A stretch of DNA of 64,000 nt from contig NC_135807.1 in NCBI RefSeq assembly GCF_964213995.1, forward strand, positions 54,932,001 through 54,996,000, given 5' to 3'. Shown one piece after another: positions 1 to 11,484 of the stretch. A program made the position numbers and the translations under genes. The stretch is from Mustelus asterias. Lineage: Eukaryota. Under the pieces are notes generated by a model. It was not told the DNA's origin, did not search any database, and saw only the letters and a program-made list of their open reading frames with translations. The first letter of the stretch is position 1; every line of letters starts with the position of its first letter.

Positions 1-20
1 AGAAAAAACTCAGAGTTAAT

Positions 21-147
21 GGGTGGAATTTTCCGGCCGCGTTCGCCCCGAAACAGGAAAATCCCTTCCGAGGTCAACGGACCTTTCCAAGATCTGCCCC
101 TCACCCACTCCGATTCCTGTGGTGGGCAGAATGGGAAAATCTGCCTC
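21..147. mobile_element. Short MITE, probably PIF/Harbinger non-autonomous
   Basis: Imperfect TIRs gggtggaattttcc / ggaaaatctgcctc; 3-bp TSD aat at 18-20 and 148-150; related copies at 38425 and 43955. Confidence 0.7.
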
Positions 148-214
148 AATGTCTCAGGGCAGTGATTTTTTTATCAGAACCTTTCATTAGTAACTTGCAA
201 AGTTGTTCCTCAAG

Positions 215-435
215 GCTCAGTTTTAGATTCATGACTCTTTTCAAATGAGCAAGTTAGACACAGGTGTAGGGAGCAACATTATAAAGTTTGCAGATGATGC
301 AAATCTTGACAATATATAGCAGATGGTGATGAGGGTAGTTGTAGACTTCAGGATAACATAAACAGGATGTTTAATTTGGCAGCAACCTAGCAGATGGAGT
401 TCAATGCAGAGAAGTGCAGAGCGGTGCATTTTGTT
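215..435 (+). mobile_element. Degraded CR1 LINE RT fragment
   Basis: aagtttgcagatgat (KFADD) and cagatggagttcaatgcagagaagtgc (QMEFNAEKC), matching the intact CR1 ORF2 copies in this window. Confidence 0.75.
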
Positions 436-439
436 TTGT

Positions 440-1850
440 TTTTATTTGTTCAGAGGATGTGGGTGTCATTGGCAATGCCAGTATATATTGCGTAGGGAGT
501 TCCAGAATTTTGCATGAAGGTGTCGTCAGGATGGTGCGTGGTTTGGAGAGAAGCTTGTAGGTGGTGGTGTTCCCATGTGCCTGCTACTCTTGTCCCTGTA
601 GGTGATAGAGGTTTGCACACTTGGGAGGTGCTGTTGCCTCGGTGTGTTACTGCAAAGTGGATGGTACACAGTACAGCTGTGGTGTGCCAATGGTAGATGG
701 AGTGAATCTCTTAGGTGGTGCCAATCATGCGGGCTGCTTTATTCTAGATGGTATTGAGGTTTTTTAATGTTGGAGCTGCACTCATCCAAGTAAGTGGAAT
801 CTATTCCATGACACTCTTGATGTGCATCTTGTAGTGGTGGACAGGCTTTAGAGAGTTAGGAGATGAGTTACTTGCTGCTGAATTCCCAGGTCTGACCTGC
901 TATTGCAATCATAAGAAAGATGTGGCTGACCCAGTTAAGTTTTGAGACAATGAAGACACCCAGAATGTTGGTGGTCGAGGATGCAGCAATGGTGTAATGT
1001 CATGAAATGTAAAGGGACAGGATTAGTCAGCCCCTTATGTACACTTTTGTGGCCTAAATGTTACTTGCCGCACATCACTACCAAGTCTGCATGTTATCCA
1101 GGTCTTGTTGCAAATGGGCATAAACTGTTTTATTACCTGAGTGATGGGTAAATGGGATGGAACACTGCAATCATCAGCAAACACCCCAAAACCATTTCCC
1201 TTTGCATGAGTTTTGACTCCAACCAGTGACGGGTATTCCCCCTGATTCCCATTGACTTCAGTTGTGTAAGAGCTCCTTGATACCATACTCCATTATATGC
1301 TGCCTTGATATCAATGGCAATCAATCTCACCCCAACTGTGGAATTTAGCTCTTTTATCCATGTTTGAACCAAGGGTGAAGCGAGGTCTGGAGCCAAGTGA
1401 TCCGAGTTAACCCAAACTGCACATTGGTGAGCAGGTGAATAAAGACCACTTAATAGCACTGTCAATGATATCTTCCAATCACTTTGTTGATGATTGAGAA
1501 TAGATTGAAGGAGAATAATTAGCTGGATTGAATTTATCCTGTTTTATTTGGACTCAGATATATCTGAATAATTTTCCACTTTGGTGAGGAGATTGCCAGT
1601 GTTGTAGCTGTACCCTAACAGTTGGGTAGGCATGAGCTAATTCTGGAGCACAAGTCTTCAGTACCACAGCCAGGGGTGTTGGCAGGGTCCATAGTGTTTA
1701 CTGTATCCAATGTGTTAAGCTATTTTTTATGACCACATGGAGTAAGCTGAATTGGCTGAGAACTGGTAACTGTGTGGGTGGAGGTTTCTGGAGGAGGCCG
1801 AGATGGATCAACCACTTGGCACTGCTGGCTGAAGTTGTTGAAAGTGTTGG
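440..1850 (-). mobile_element. Degraded CR1/L2-group LINE, 3' half with RT
   Basis: ORF 1133..1465 reads LVQTWIKELNS..IAIDIKAAYNGVWYQGALTQLKSMGIRG (decayed LDIxxAFDxVWH RT motif); ORF 1035..1286 contains FADD. Confidence 0.75.
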
Positions 1851-2339
1851 ATGCACACCTTTCTGCTGTGGCCACACTGGGAGTCGTTGTGATGAGGGCG
1901 ATAGTGTGAGCTTTAGAAACTTGCGCTGGAAGTATGAAGATTAGGCAGACACAATGTCAGTGCGGGTGTAAAGCTGATTGGGTATCTGCGCTACCATTTT
2001 TGATTTTGCTACTTCAGCTCACACCCTCCCCTAAACATGCAAAGCTGAACATGCATTTAGCAGCAGGAAGGCCCCCCTTTAGCGACATTGAAATGGATCA
2101 TCAACTACTTTCAATGATTACTACAGACTCTGCCTGAGTTTGTAGAAATGCCCTGAGGTTTGTAGCGCAGTTTAAAGGTGGTGACCTTGACATTGTGCGC
2201 TGCTGCACAGACTGAAGGCATTGGCACTGACTTCAAGGGCTCTGCTCAGACCACTTGTTCCCAGTCCTGAGTACTGCAGTTAGAAACCCTCTTTGTTTGC
2301 AGTACGTCAGGGACATTGAGTAGAGGCAAAACAAAGGAG

Positions 2340-2880
2340 GACAAGCTGCTCGCAGAAGGTGGAGGTGATGGGGGAAGAAGGGGCTCTCAGCAGAAGGTCT
2401 AATCCACTAGAGTTTTCAGGGAGCATCTCTTTTCCCTAAACCTAAGCTGTGAATTATGTGTGTGTCATGTTCATTTTATGGAGAAGATGCTCGTGGCAGT
2501 CTGCAACCCCGATCTGTCCGGCTGCAACCTCAGTGCAAGACCACGGTGGCAAGGCCAGAGGTTGTGACTGTGACTGTGGCCAGGACTTACTTAAAGTCTG
2601 GATCCTTCCAGATTGGAGCAGGTGACATCTCTAGTGCCTCTCAGTTTGCCATTCACTGCGCATAAGGGAAATGGCTATTGCTCTTTTTGCCAGGAGATGG
2701 AAGCACATTGTCAGCAGAGAAAAGCAGGTGCAGTGTGCACCTGGCTTCATCAGGGTAGCCAGATGTCTCATGGTGGAATGTAGCACCAACTTCAAACATG
2801 GCATCTAAATTCAGTGATGTAGCACAATGGAGAAGAGTTCCACCCCCTGGTTGCCCAGTTGGTGTGAAATCATTGCAGAT
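2340..2880 (+). pseudogene. Degraded PIF/Harbinger (HARBI1-like) transposase fragment
   Basis: ORF 2456..2665 LQPQCKTTVARPEVVTVTVARTYLKSGSFQIGAGDISSASQFAIHC resembles the Harbinger HTH region (..KVTxALxFxASGSFQ..GD...SQ); many stops and frameshifts. Confidence 0.65.
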
Positions 2881-2905
2881 ATAAAGGACATTTGTTATAA
2901 ATAGA

Positions 2906-3148
2906 GTAAGAAGTTTAACAACACCAGGTTAAAGTCCAACAGGTTTATTTGGTAGCAAAAGCCACACAAGCTTTCGGAGCTCCAAGCCCCTTCTTCAGGT
3001 GAGCCCCTTCTCTCACCTGAAGAAGGGGCTTGGAGCTCCAAAAGCTTGTGTGGCTTTTGCTACCAAATAAACCTGTTGGACTTTAACCTGGTGTTGTTAA
3101 ACTTCTTACTGTGTTTACCCCAGTCCAACGCCGGCATCTCCACATCAT
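2906..3148. mobile_element. Penelope-like terminal remnant forming an inverted repeat with ~98-bp arms
   Basis: 2906-3003 is the reverse complement of 3012-3109; 11-bp TSD ttataaataga at 2895-2905 and 3149-3159; same terminus as the GIY-YIG element at 61967-63790. Confidence 0.9.
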
Positions 3149-3860
3149 TTATAAATAGAAGCAAAGAGATCAGGCTACAACTTTCTAAATCATTGGTTAG
3201 GCTTCAGTTGTAAAATTGGAGATAATTCTGAACACCATACTTCAGGAACAAGATCACTGGCAAATTTAATTTATATAGTGCCTTTAACATGGTGAACTGT
3301 TCTCATGCACTTCAGAGGAGTATTATCAAAGAAAATGTAATAGTAAGACAACTGAGGAGATGTTATGGGAGATGATCAAAGGCTTGGTCAAAGAGGTTGC
3401 TGGAACATCTTAAAAGAAGAAAGGAAGCCAGAGAGCTGGAGAAGTTTAGAGAGGGATTTTCAGGTTTTAGAACCTAGTCAGTTGAAGGCTGATTTTAATT
3501 TCTCCAATGGTGGAGAAATTAAAATCAGGAATGCTCAGGAAGCCAGGAAAGGGAAGTTTGAGATGAAAAGTACAAAGGCCTTAGAAAGGGTACAAGGTTT
3601 GCCATGATGCTATCAAGAATGAGGAACTTCAGTTGTGAAGAGATGTTAGAAAAATTAGGACCTTTCTCCTTTAAACAGAAAATGTTAAGAATATATGATG
3701 ATGAAATGTTTTGATAAAACAGGTAGAGAAAATCTACTCCCTGCGCCAGGAGATCAGTAGCCAGAAGTCATAGAGTGAACATCACTGAGAAAAGATCAAG
3801 AAAGGAGTTGGGGAGAATTTCTTCACTCCGAGTGTTTTGAGAATCTGGAAGGCTGTATGG
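3149..3860 (+). mobile_element. Degraded CR1 3' fragment, interrupted by another repeat at ~3260-3560
   Basis: Decayed matches to the LYKSLVRPQLEY and ALERVQ regions and the downstream part of CR1 ORF2. Confidence 0.6.
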
Positions 3861-4199
3861 TTGAGCGAGAGAGTGGTGCAGTGGTAATGTTTCTGAGCTG
3901 ATCAGTCCTGAGGTCCAGGCTAATGGATTTGAGGTGTAGGTTTAAATCCTATCATGGCTGATGTTAAAATTCAAATTCAATTATACATGCATTGGGCAAG
4001 AATTTGAGGATGAGTAACCAACTGAGTGAGTTATAGACAAAATGGTGGCGTGGACCAAAACACAACTGCTCTTTCAATTAGTTTAATGACCTCCTTCTTT
4101 GCCACACATTTTCCACATTTGAATCTATGGCGGAATGTCGTACCCTATTATAAAAATGGCACCGGAGTGAGACGACTTCTTGCAAGCTGTGCCCAGCAT

Positions 4200-4401
4200 A
4201 CCTTTCTTCCCTATGTATGGCATGCTTTGTCTGTATAGCGTGCAAGAAACAATGCTTTTCACTGTATTCTAAAGTTTAAAGTTTGAGTTTAAAGTTTAAA
4301 GTTTAAGTTTAGAGTTTATGTATTCATGTCACAAATAGGCTTACATTAACACTGTGAAAATCCTCTAATATATGTGACAATAATAAATCAAATCAAATCA
4401 A
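4200..4401 (+). mobile_element. Rex1/Babar LINE 3' tail with an internal reversed SINE tail
   Basis: gcaagaaacaatgcttttcactgta...tgtgacaataataaatcaaatcaaatc matches the tails of Rex copies at 36236, 38668 and 50572. Confidence 0.7.
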
Positions 4402-4411
4402 TCCCAATTGA

Positions 4412-5575
4412 TGTTATAACTGGATGGGGAGATTCCAGAATGGAACCCTGGCTCAATAGACCGTAACTTTTACTGTTTTATAATAAAATGCAGAGGAATG
4501 GAGTCACAGCACCACTAATTAGACAAGAACAACAAGTAAAAAAAATTATTAAACATGAAAAATTTGGATTATAATACAATGCGCCTTTACTCTCCCCTTA
4601 GCCTAACAAATGCACAGAGATTTTAAGAGTGACATGGATTATAAATACATCTTAAGTTACAATGGTCTCATTACCACCAAGCCTCTTTTAAGCACATAGG
4701 GTGACCATGGTCAAATACACACTCCACTCTGAACCTTAAGTGAAGGTCTGTGGATGTATCTTCAGAATCCCCCCAGATGATTGTGACATGAGAGTTTCCA
4801 AACTCCACTCCCCATAAACCACGCTTTAAAATCTCCTTTCACAATAATGCTTTCCTCAGCGGTTTGCATTATCAAATCCGGACCTGGTTTTCCAAATGAT
4901 ACTTATAAACAAAACATCCTCTCCATTTCTAACTCCAGCATTTCACACCAACCCCTTTGTCTTGACTACTGTACAAACTGTTCACAATTGCTTGAACGCT
5001 CGATTCCCAGGCTGTGTTAAAACAATAAACGTTTAATTTACTTTTGAAGTCTCTTGTCCCACTTGAAATCTGGTTACTGCACTTTGTTTCTTTAATTCAG
5101 AACACTTTGTTTACTCTTCCTTGAATTCTTCTGAACAATACCTTCAGTTGCCTTAAACACTCTTTTCGTCCCAATTCCCTGGTTATCTGGACTGTATCTT
5201 GTTCCTCAGGAAGCTTGCATCTTTGCAACACCCTTGTCCTGTCCAGTGTTTCCTGAGAGTTGAGGGATGTTCACTTCCCAGTTTCCTATCCCCAACTGTT
5301 ATATATCCAACTAAAACTAAAACCTCAAAGCCTGCTTTATCCTTATAAGGGCCTCCGGTTGCTAAGCAATCCCCACTACTATTTATTCTTCACAACGTAA
5401 CCCTCTCTAAGCAAAGTAAAAACACAGTTGAAATTTAACCAGCCCCCAAACAACTATAGTTTTTACCATTCCAGACATAGAAACATTAAATTAAACCCAC
5501 TTAAAACTATACCTTATTTCTAATGTTTACCAATAAAAATATAAATCCCTCAAAAATACCTTTGTTTTCCTAACA
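4412..5575. mobile_element. Probable solo LTR (~1.16 kb)
   Basis: Ends TGTTA...TAACA, non-coding, start resembles the element at 42169; no clear TSD. Confidence 0.5.
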
Positions 5576-5601
5576 ACCCTCCCCTGTGGCAAGTTAGGCA
5601 T

Positions 5602-6255
5602 GGAGGCATTTAATCAGACAGAGTGGTGTCAGCTGGACCTCGCTGCCTGGCCACCACTGCCTCGATTAAACCCACAACAGGACAGTTCTGGAGAGTCTTC
5701 CTTCCCCACTGCCAATTGAGGCCTATAAGTGGGAGATAATGCCCACATAACGGTCTCATTTGCCACTGCTGGTATTCACCTAGTGGTAGCAAGGCAACTC
5801 ACCTTGCGGGCAGCCCAAGAAGCAAACTTTGCATAGGTTTCTTGCAGGCTCCGCATGGGGATCCCTCAGTGCCAAATGAAGAGACCTGGCATCAGGAAGG
5901 CAGGACCACTGAGTGTCAACCTTTGTCGTTGCTGCTGAAACCCCCCCTTGAGAGCCCCCCCACCCCCCGCCACCCCTCCTCAGCCACGGTGGGTATAGTT
6001 TCAGCAATAGCCACCATCTCCCCAGTGGCACTGCTGAGCAATGAAGAGCTGCCAGCCTCTGATTGACCAGCAGCTCTTGGCGGGTCAGACCTCCACTCCC
6101 GATGTACGTGAACAAGGGGAAGACCAGCCACTGCCCATTGAAGTGCCTGATTGGCACTATAGTTTGGTGGGCCTTTCTGTAAGTTGACAACACTGTTCTT
6201 TCGCCGGCTCTGCAGCCAGCAAGCAGAACCCATGTCACTTCCATTAAATGCTGCC
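5602..6255. mobile_element. GC-rich MITE
   Basis: TIR ggaggcatttaat / attaaatgctgcc; no credible ORF. Confidence 0.55.
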
Positions 6256-6802
6256 TTATGTATGTGTTAAAATCCAGGAAGGGGTGACTTGGTTCATTTC
6301 AAAATGCACTGAATGCTCTCAAGTCAGGTTTAATGTCTGGGAAATGGATGTTAGCAGAGTTAACAGTCTCTGTTACATTTGTACATGGTGCTGTGATAAC
6401 GGTTTGTGATATCAGTTCATGTTTAGTTTACTTGTATGACAGCCTGTAACTTATAACACGTGACAAAAGAAAAATACTGTGGATGTTGGAAAATTGAAAT
6501 AAAAACAGGAAAAGCTTGGAAACAATCAGTAGGTTTGGCAGCAGTACAGTTGATGTTATTTATATTTTATACATTTCTCTGTTATTCTAAGAGCACGTAT
6601 GGTAAAATGAAAAGAGCTTTGAGTCTGCCTGAAGTTGCAGGCTCTAGCCATGGGGTGGCGGTGTGGGGTGACCTCCGATCTGTGCTGGCTACTTTTCTTT
6701 AATAAATTTTAAGCTAAGCAATTTTCCAACTGTTTTAATACTTTTAACTTTAAAAAGTATAAAATACTATTCATCATACATACATGTTTTGTGACATCCC
6801 CT

Positions 6803-7126
6803 TGGGTAGCACGGTGGCACAGTGATTAGCACTGCTGCCTCACAATGCCAGGGACCCGGGTTCGATTCCCGGTTTGGGTCACTATCAGTGTGAAGTTTGC
6901 ACAATCTCCCCGTGTCTGCATGGGTTTCCTCCAGGTGCTCCAGTTTCCTCCCACAGCCCAAAGATGTGCAGGTTAGATTGATTGGCCATGGTAAATTGAA
7001 CCTTAGGGTCAGGGGGATTAGCAGGGTAAGTATGTGGTATTACAGGAATAGGGCCTGGGTGGGACTGTGGTCGGTGCAGAGTTGATGGGCTGATTGGCCT
7101 CCTTCTGCATTGTAGGGATTCTATGA
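6803..7126 (+). mobile_element. HE1-type tRNA-derived SINE, full length
   Basis: Box A tggcacagtga, box B ggttcgattcc, central gggtttcctccaggtgctcc domain, CR1-like tail ending gattctatga. Confidence 0.9.
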
Positions 7127-7221
7127 CATAGGGTTTCTTCACCCCTCTGTAGGACTCTGAGCTGAGAGTTACTTTTCCTTCAATCTTTGCAACTCTTACA
7201 CCTGAAACTGTGGCTGCCATA

Positions 7222-7710
7222 CTACAGGAAGGATGAGATTGCACTAGAAAGGGTGCAGAGGAGGTTCATCAGGATGTTGCCTGGGCAAGAGCGTTTCAGC
7301 TAGGAAGACAGGCTGGCTGGGCTGGGGTTGTTCTCCTTCAAGCAGAGAAGGCCAGGGTGGGACTTCTTCGAGATGTACAAAATTATGAAGGACACAGATA
7401 GGCAGAAACTTTCCCCTTAGCAGAGGGTCAGTAACCAGAGGGGATAGATTTAAGGTAAGGGGCAGGGGAGTTGAGGAAAAACCTTTTGACCTTGAGGGTG
7501 GTGGGAATCTGGAACTCACTGCCAGAAAGGGTGATAGAGGCAGGAACCCTCACAACATTTAAGAAGCATTTAGATGAGCATTTAAAACACCACAGCATAC
7601 AAGGCTCCAGATAAGTGCTGGAAAATGGGATTAGAATAGATAAGTGCTTGAATGCTGGCAGGGACACGATGAGCCAAAGGCCTCTTGTTGTGCTGTAAAA
7701 CTCTGTTTCT
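7222..7710 (+). mobile_element. CR1 3' fragment
   Basis: ALERVQRRFIRMLPG coding region followed by 3'UTR with gagccaaaggcctc stem-loop. Confidence 0.8.
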
Positions 7711-7727
7711 GCATGACATTCCCATAC

Positions 7728-8200
7728 ACTGGCTTCTGTGAAAGAGACTCCAGGATGGGATGTTGCCTCCCTGGTGCTAGGGTCCAGGATGTCTCTGGAC
7801 GGACAGAAAGCATTCTGAAGGGAGAGGGTGAACAGCCAGAGATCGTGGTCCATATTGGTACTAACAACATAGGCAGGAAGAGTGATGAGGTCCTGCAGCA
7901 GCAGTTTAGGGAGTTAGGTAGAAAGTTAAAAAGCAGGACCTCTAGGGTTGTGATCTCAGGATTACTCCCTGTGCCACGTGTTAGTGAGGCTAGGAATAGG
8001 AAGATAGTGCAGCTCAACACGTGGCTAAACAGCTAGTGTAGGAGGGAGGGTTTCAGATATCTGGACCATTGGTGTCTCTTCCAGGACAGATGGGACCTGT
8101 ACAAGAAGGACGGGTTGCATCTAAACTGGGAGGGCACAAATATTCTGTCTGGGAGGTTTGCGTTTGCTAGTGTCACACGGGAGGATTTAACCTAGTTTGG
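7728..8200 (+). pseudogene. CR1 ORF1, SGNH/GDSL esterase-like domain
   Basis: ORF 7644..8036 CLPGARVQDV..IVVHIGTNNIG..VVISGLLP; after the stop it continues with YKKDGLHLN. Confidence 0.85.
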
Positions 8201-8313
8201 CAGGGGGGTGGGAACCAAAGCAAAGGTGAATTAGTTGAAGGGGAACAAGAGAGTAGGGCCAGTAAGACTCAGAGAAACAGCAGGCAGGGTGGGATGGCTA
8301 ATCAAAGAGGGTC

Positions 8314-8438
8314 TAAGTATTGTTCTTTGTTCTTTAGAGGGATACAAAAGAATGGTCTAGTGGGCACATGAGCGGCGCAGGCTTGGAGGGCCGAAGGGCC
8401 TGTTTCTGTGCTGTATTGTTCTTTGTTCTTTGTTCTTT
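8314..8438 (+). mobile_element. Short CR1 3'-end insertion between ORF1 and ORF2 of the host CR1
   Basis: Closely similar to the tail at 22095-22196 (ggagggccgaagggcctg..tgttctttgttctt). Confidence 0.85.
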
Positions 8439-8662
8439 GGTGGACTGAAGTGCATTTGTTTCAATGCGAGAAGTGTAACAGGTAAGGCAGATGAACTTAG
8501 AGCTTGGATTAGTACTATGAACTACGATGTTGTTGCCATTACAGAGACTTGGTTAAGGGAAGGACAGGATTGACAGCTTAACATTCCAGGATACAGATGT
8601 TTCAGGCGGGATAGAGGGGGATGTAAAAGGGGTGGGGGAGTTGCACTACTGGTTAAGGAGAA

Positions 8663-9036
8663 ACTGATAGCCAAGTTCCGCACACACGAGGACGGCCTAA
8701 ACCAGGATATTGGGTTCATGTCACACTATCTGTAACCCCCACAGTTGCCTGGACCTGCAGAGTTTCACTGGCTGTCTTGTCTGGAGACAATACACATCTT
8801 TTTAGCCTGTCTTGATGCTCTCTCCACTCACGTTGTTTTGTTTCTTAAAGACTTGATTAGCTGTAAGTATTCGCATTCCAACCATTATTCATGTAAATTG
8901 AGTCTGTGTCTTTATATGCCCTGTTTGTGAACAGAATTCCCACTCACCTGAAGAAGGGGCTTGGAGCTCCGAAAGCTTGTGTGGCTTTTGCTACCAAATA
9001 AACCTGTTGGACTTTAACCTGGTGTTGTTAAACCTC
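8663..9036 (+). mobile_element. 5'-truncated Penelope-like element (GIY-YIG C-terminus plus terminal region)
   Basis: KLIAKFRTHEDGLN as in ORF 62762..63487; TSD ttaaggagaa at 8653-8662 and 9037-9046. Confidence 0.92.
8940..8984 (+). ncRNA. Minimal type I hammerhead ribozyme motif in PLE terminus
   Basis: ccactcac-CTGAAGA-a-ggggc-ttgga-gctcc-GAAA-gc-TT-gtgtgg: core boxes, 5-bp stem II, palindromic AAGCTT in place of stem III, stem I cac/gtg. Confidence 0.75.
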
Positions 9037-10218
9037 TTAAGGAGAATATCACAGCTGTACTCCGGGAGGACACCTCGGAGGGCTCATACAGTGAGGCAAT
9101 ATGGGTAGAGCTCAGGAATAGGAAAGGTGTAGTCACAATGTTGGGGGTTTACTATAGGCCACCCAACTGCCAGCGGGAGATAGAGGATCAGATATGTAGG
9201 CAAATTTGGGCAAACTGTAAAAGTAACAGGGTTGGTGTGGTGGGATATTTTAATTTCCCCTATATTGACTGGGACTGACTTCGTGCTAGGGGCATGGATG
9301 GGGCAGAGTTTGTAAGGAGCATCCAGGAGGGCTTCCTGAAACTGTATGTAGATAGTCCAATGAGGGAAGGGGCCATACTGGACCTGGTACTGGGGAATGA
9401 GCCCAGCCAGGTAGTCGATGTTTCAGTAGGGGAGCAGTTCGGGAACAGTGACCACAATTCAGTAAGCTTTAAGGTGCTGATGGATAAAGATAAGTGCAGT
9501 CCTCAAGTTAAGGTGCTAAATTGTGGGAAGGCTAATTACAACAATATTAGGCAGGAATTGAAGAATGTAGATTGGGGACAGATGTTTGAGGGCAAATCAA
9601 CATCTGGCATGTGGGAGGCTTTCAAGTGTAAGTTGATAGGGATTCAGGACCGGCACATTCCTGTACGGATGAAGGATAAGTATGGCAAGTTTTGGGAAGC
9701 TTGGATAACGAGAGATATTGTGAGTCTAGTCAAAGAGAAAAAGGAAGCATATGTCAAAGCTAGGAGGCTGGGAACACATGAAGCAAGGAAAGTAGAAAGA
9801 AACTTAAGCAAGGAATAAGAAGGGCTAAAAGGGGTCATGAAAAAGCGTTAGCCAGCAGGATTAAGGAAAATCCCAAGGCTTTTTATACATATATAAAGAG
9901 CAAGAGGGTAGCCAGGGAGAGGGTTGGCGCACTCAAGGACAAGGGAGGGAATCTATGCGTGGAGCCAGAGGAAATGGGCGAGATATTAAATGAGTACTTT
10001 GCATCAGTATTCACCAAAGAGAAGGACTTGGTGGATGATGGGTCTGAGAAAGGATGTGTAGATAGTTTGAGTCATGTTGAGATCAAAAATGAGGAGGTAT
10101 TGGGGTTCTTGAGAAACATTAAGGTAGATAAGTCCCCAGGGAATACTGAGGGAGGCAAGGGAGGAAATTGCTGGGCCTTGAGAGAAATCTTTGTATCCTC
10201 ACTGGCTACAGGGGAGGT

Positions 10219-10636
10219 ACACGACGCACGACACACGACAGCGCAGAGTCGCTGAGCAGAAACTGATAGCCAAGTTCCGCACACACGAGGACGGCCTCAA
10301 CTGGGATATTGGGTTCATGTCACACTATTTGTAACTCCCACAGTTGCCTGGACCCGCAGAGTTACACTGGCTGTCTTGTCTGGAGACAATACACATCTTT
10401 TTAACATATCTTGATGCTCTCTCCACTCACGTTGTTTTGTTTCTTAAAGACTTGATTAGTTGTAAGTATTCGCATTCCAACCATTATTCATGTAAATTGA
10501 GTTTGTGTCTTTATATGCCCTGTTTGTGAACAGAATTCCCACTCACCTGAAAAAGGGGCTTGGAGCTCTGAAAGCTTGTGTGGCTTTTGCTACCAAATAA
10601 ACCTGTTGGACTTTAACCTGGTGTTGTTAAACTTCT
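10219..10636 (+). mobile_element. 5'-truncated Penelope-like element
   Basis: Same family as 8663; TSD tacaggggaggt at 10207-10218 and 10637-10648; hammerhead core mutated to CTGAAAA. Confidence 0.92.
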
Positions 10637-11222
10637 TACAGGGGAGGTCCCAGAGGATTGGAGAATAGCCAATGTTGTTCCTTTGTTTAAGAAGGGTAGC
10701 AAGAATAATGCAGGGAACTACAGGCTGGTGAGCCTTACATCAGTGGTAGAGAAATTATTGGAGAGGATTCTTCGCGACAGGATTTATTCCCACTTGGAAA
10801 TAAGTGGAAGTATTAGCGAGAGGCAACATGGTTTTGCAAAGGGGAGGTCGTGTCTCACGAACTTGATTGAGTTTTACGAGGAAGTGACGAAGATGATTGA
10901 TGAAGGTAGGGCAGTCGATGTTGTCTACATGGACTTCAGTAAGGCCTTTGACAAGGCCCCTCATGGCAGACTGGTGCGGAAGGTGAAGTCGCATGGGATC
11001 AGAGGTGAGCTGGCAAGGTGGATACAAAACTGGCTCGGTCAAAGAAGACAGAAGGTAGCAGTGGAAGGGTGCATTTCTGAATGGAGGGCTGTGACAAGTG
11101 GCATTCCTCAGGGATCAGTGCTGGGACCATTGCTGTTTGTAATATATATAAATGATTTGGAGGAAAATGTAACTGGATTGATTAGTAAGTTTGTGGATAG
11201 CGGTGAGGACCATCAGAGGATA

Positions 11223-11484
11223 CATAGAAACATAGAAACATAGAAACCCTACAGTGCAGAAGGAGGCCATTCGGCCCATCGAGTCTGCACCGACCACAAT
11301 CCCACCCAGGCCCTACCCCCACATATTTTACCCGCTAATCCCTCTAACCTACGCATCCCAGGACTCTAAGGGACAATTTTTAACCTGGCCAATCAACCTA
11401 ACCCGCACATTTTTGGACTGTGGGAGGAAACCAGAGCACCCGGAGGAAACCCACGCAGACACGAGGAGAATGTGCAAACTCCAC
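11223..11484 (-). mobile_element. 5'-truncated HE1-type SINE inside the CR1 RT
   Basis: (catagaaa)n tail and reverse SINE body; CR1 coding sequence resumes at cagcaggatata. Confidence 0.9.

Noticed and set aside
4270-4320. Short tandem (aagttt)n-like repeats
   Set aside because: This is a SINE tail microsatellite, not a CRISPR array; there are no unique spacers.
6803-6880. tRNA-like sequences at SINE heads
   Set aside because: A and B boxes are present, but there is no complete cloverleaf; they are part of the SINEs.
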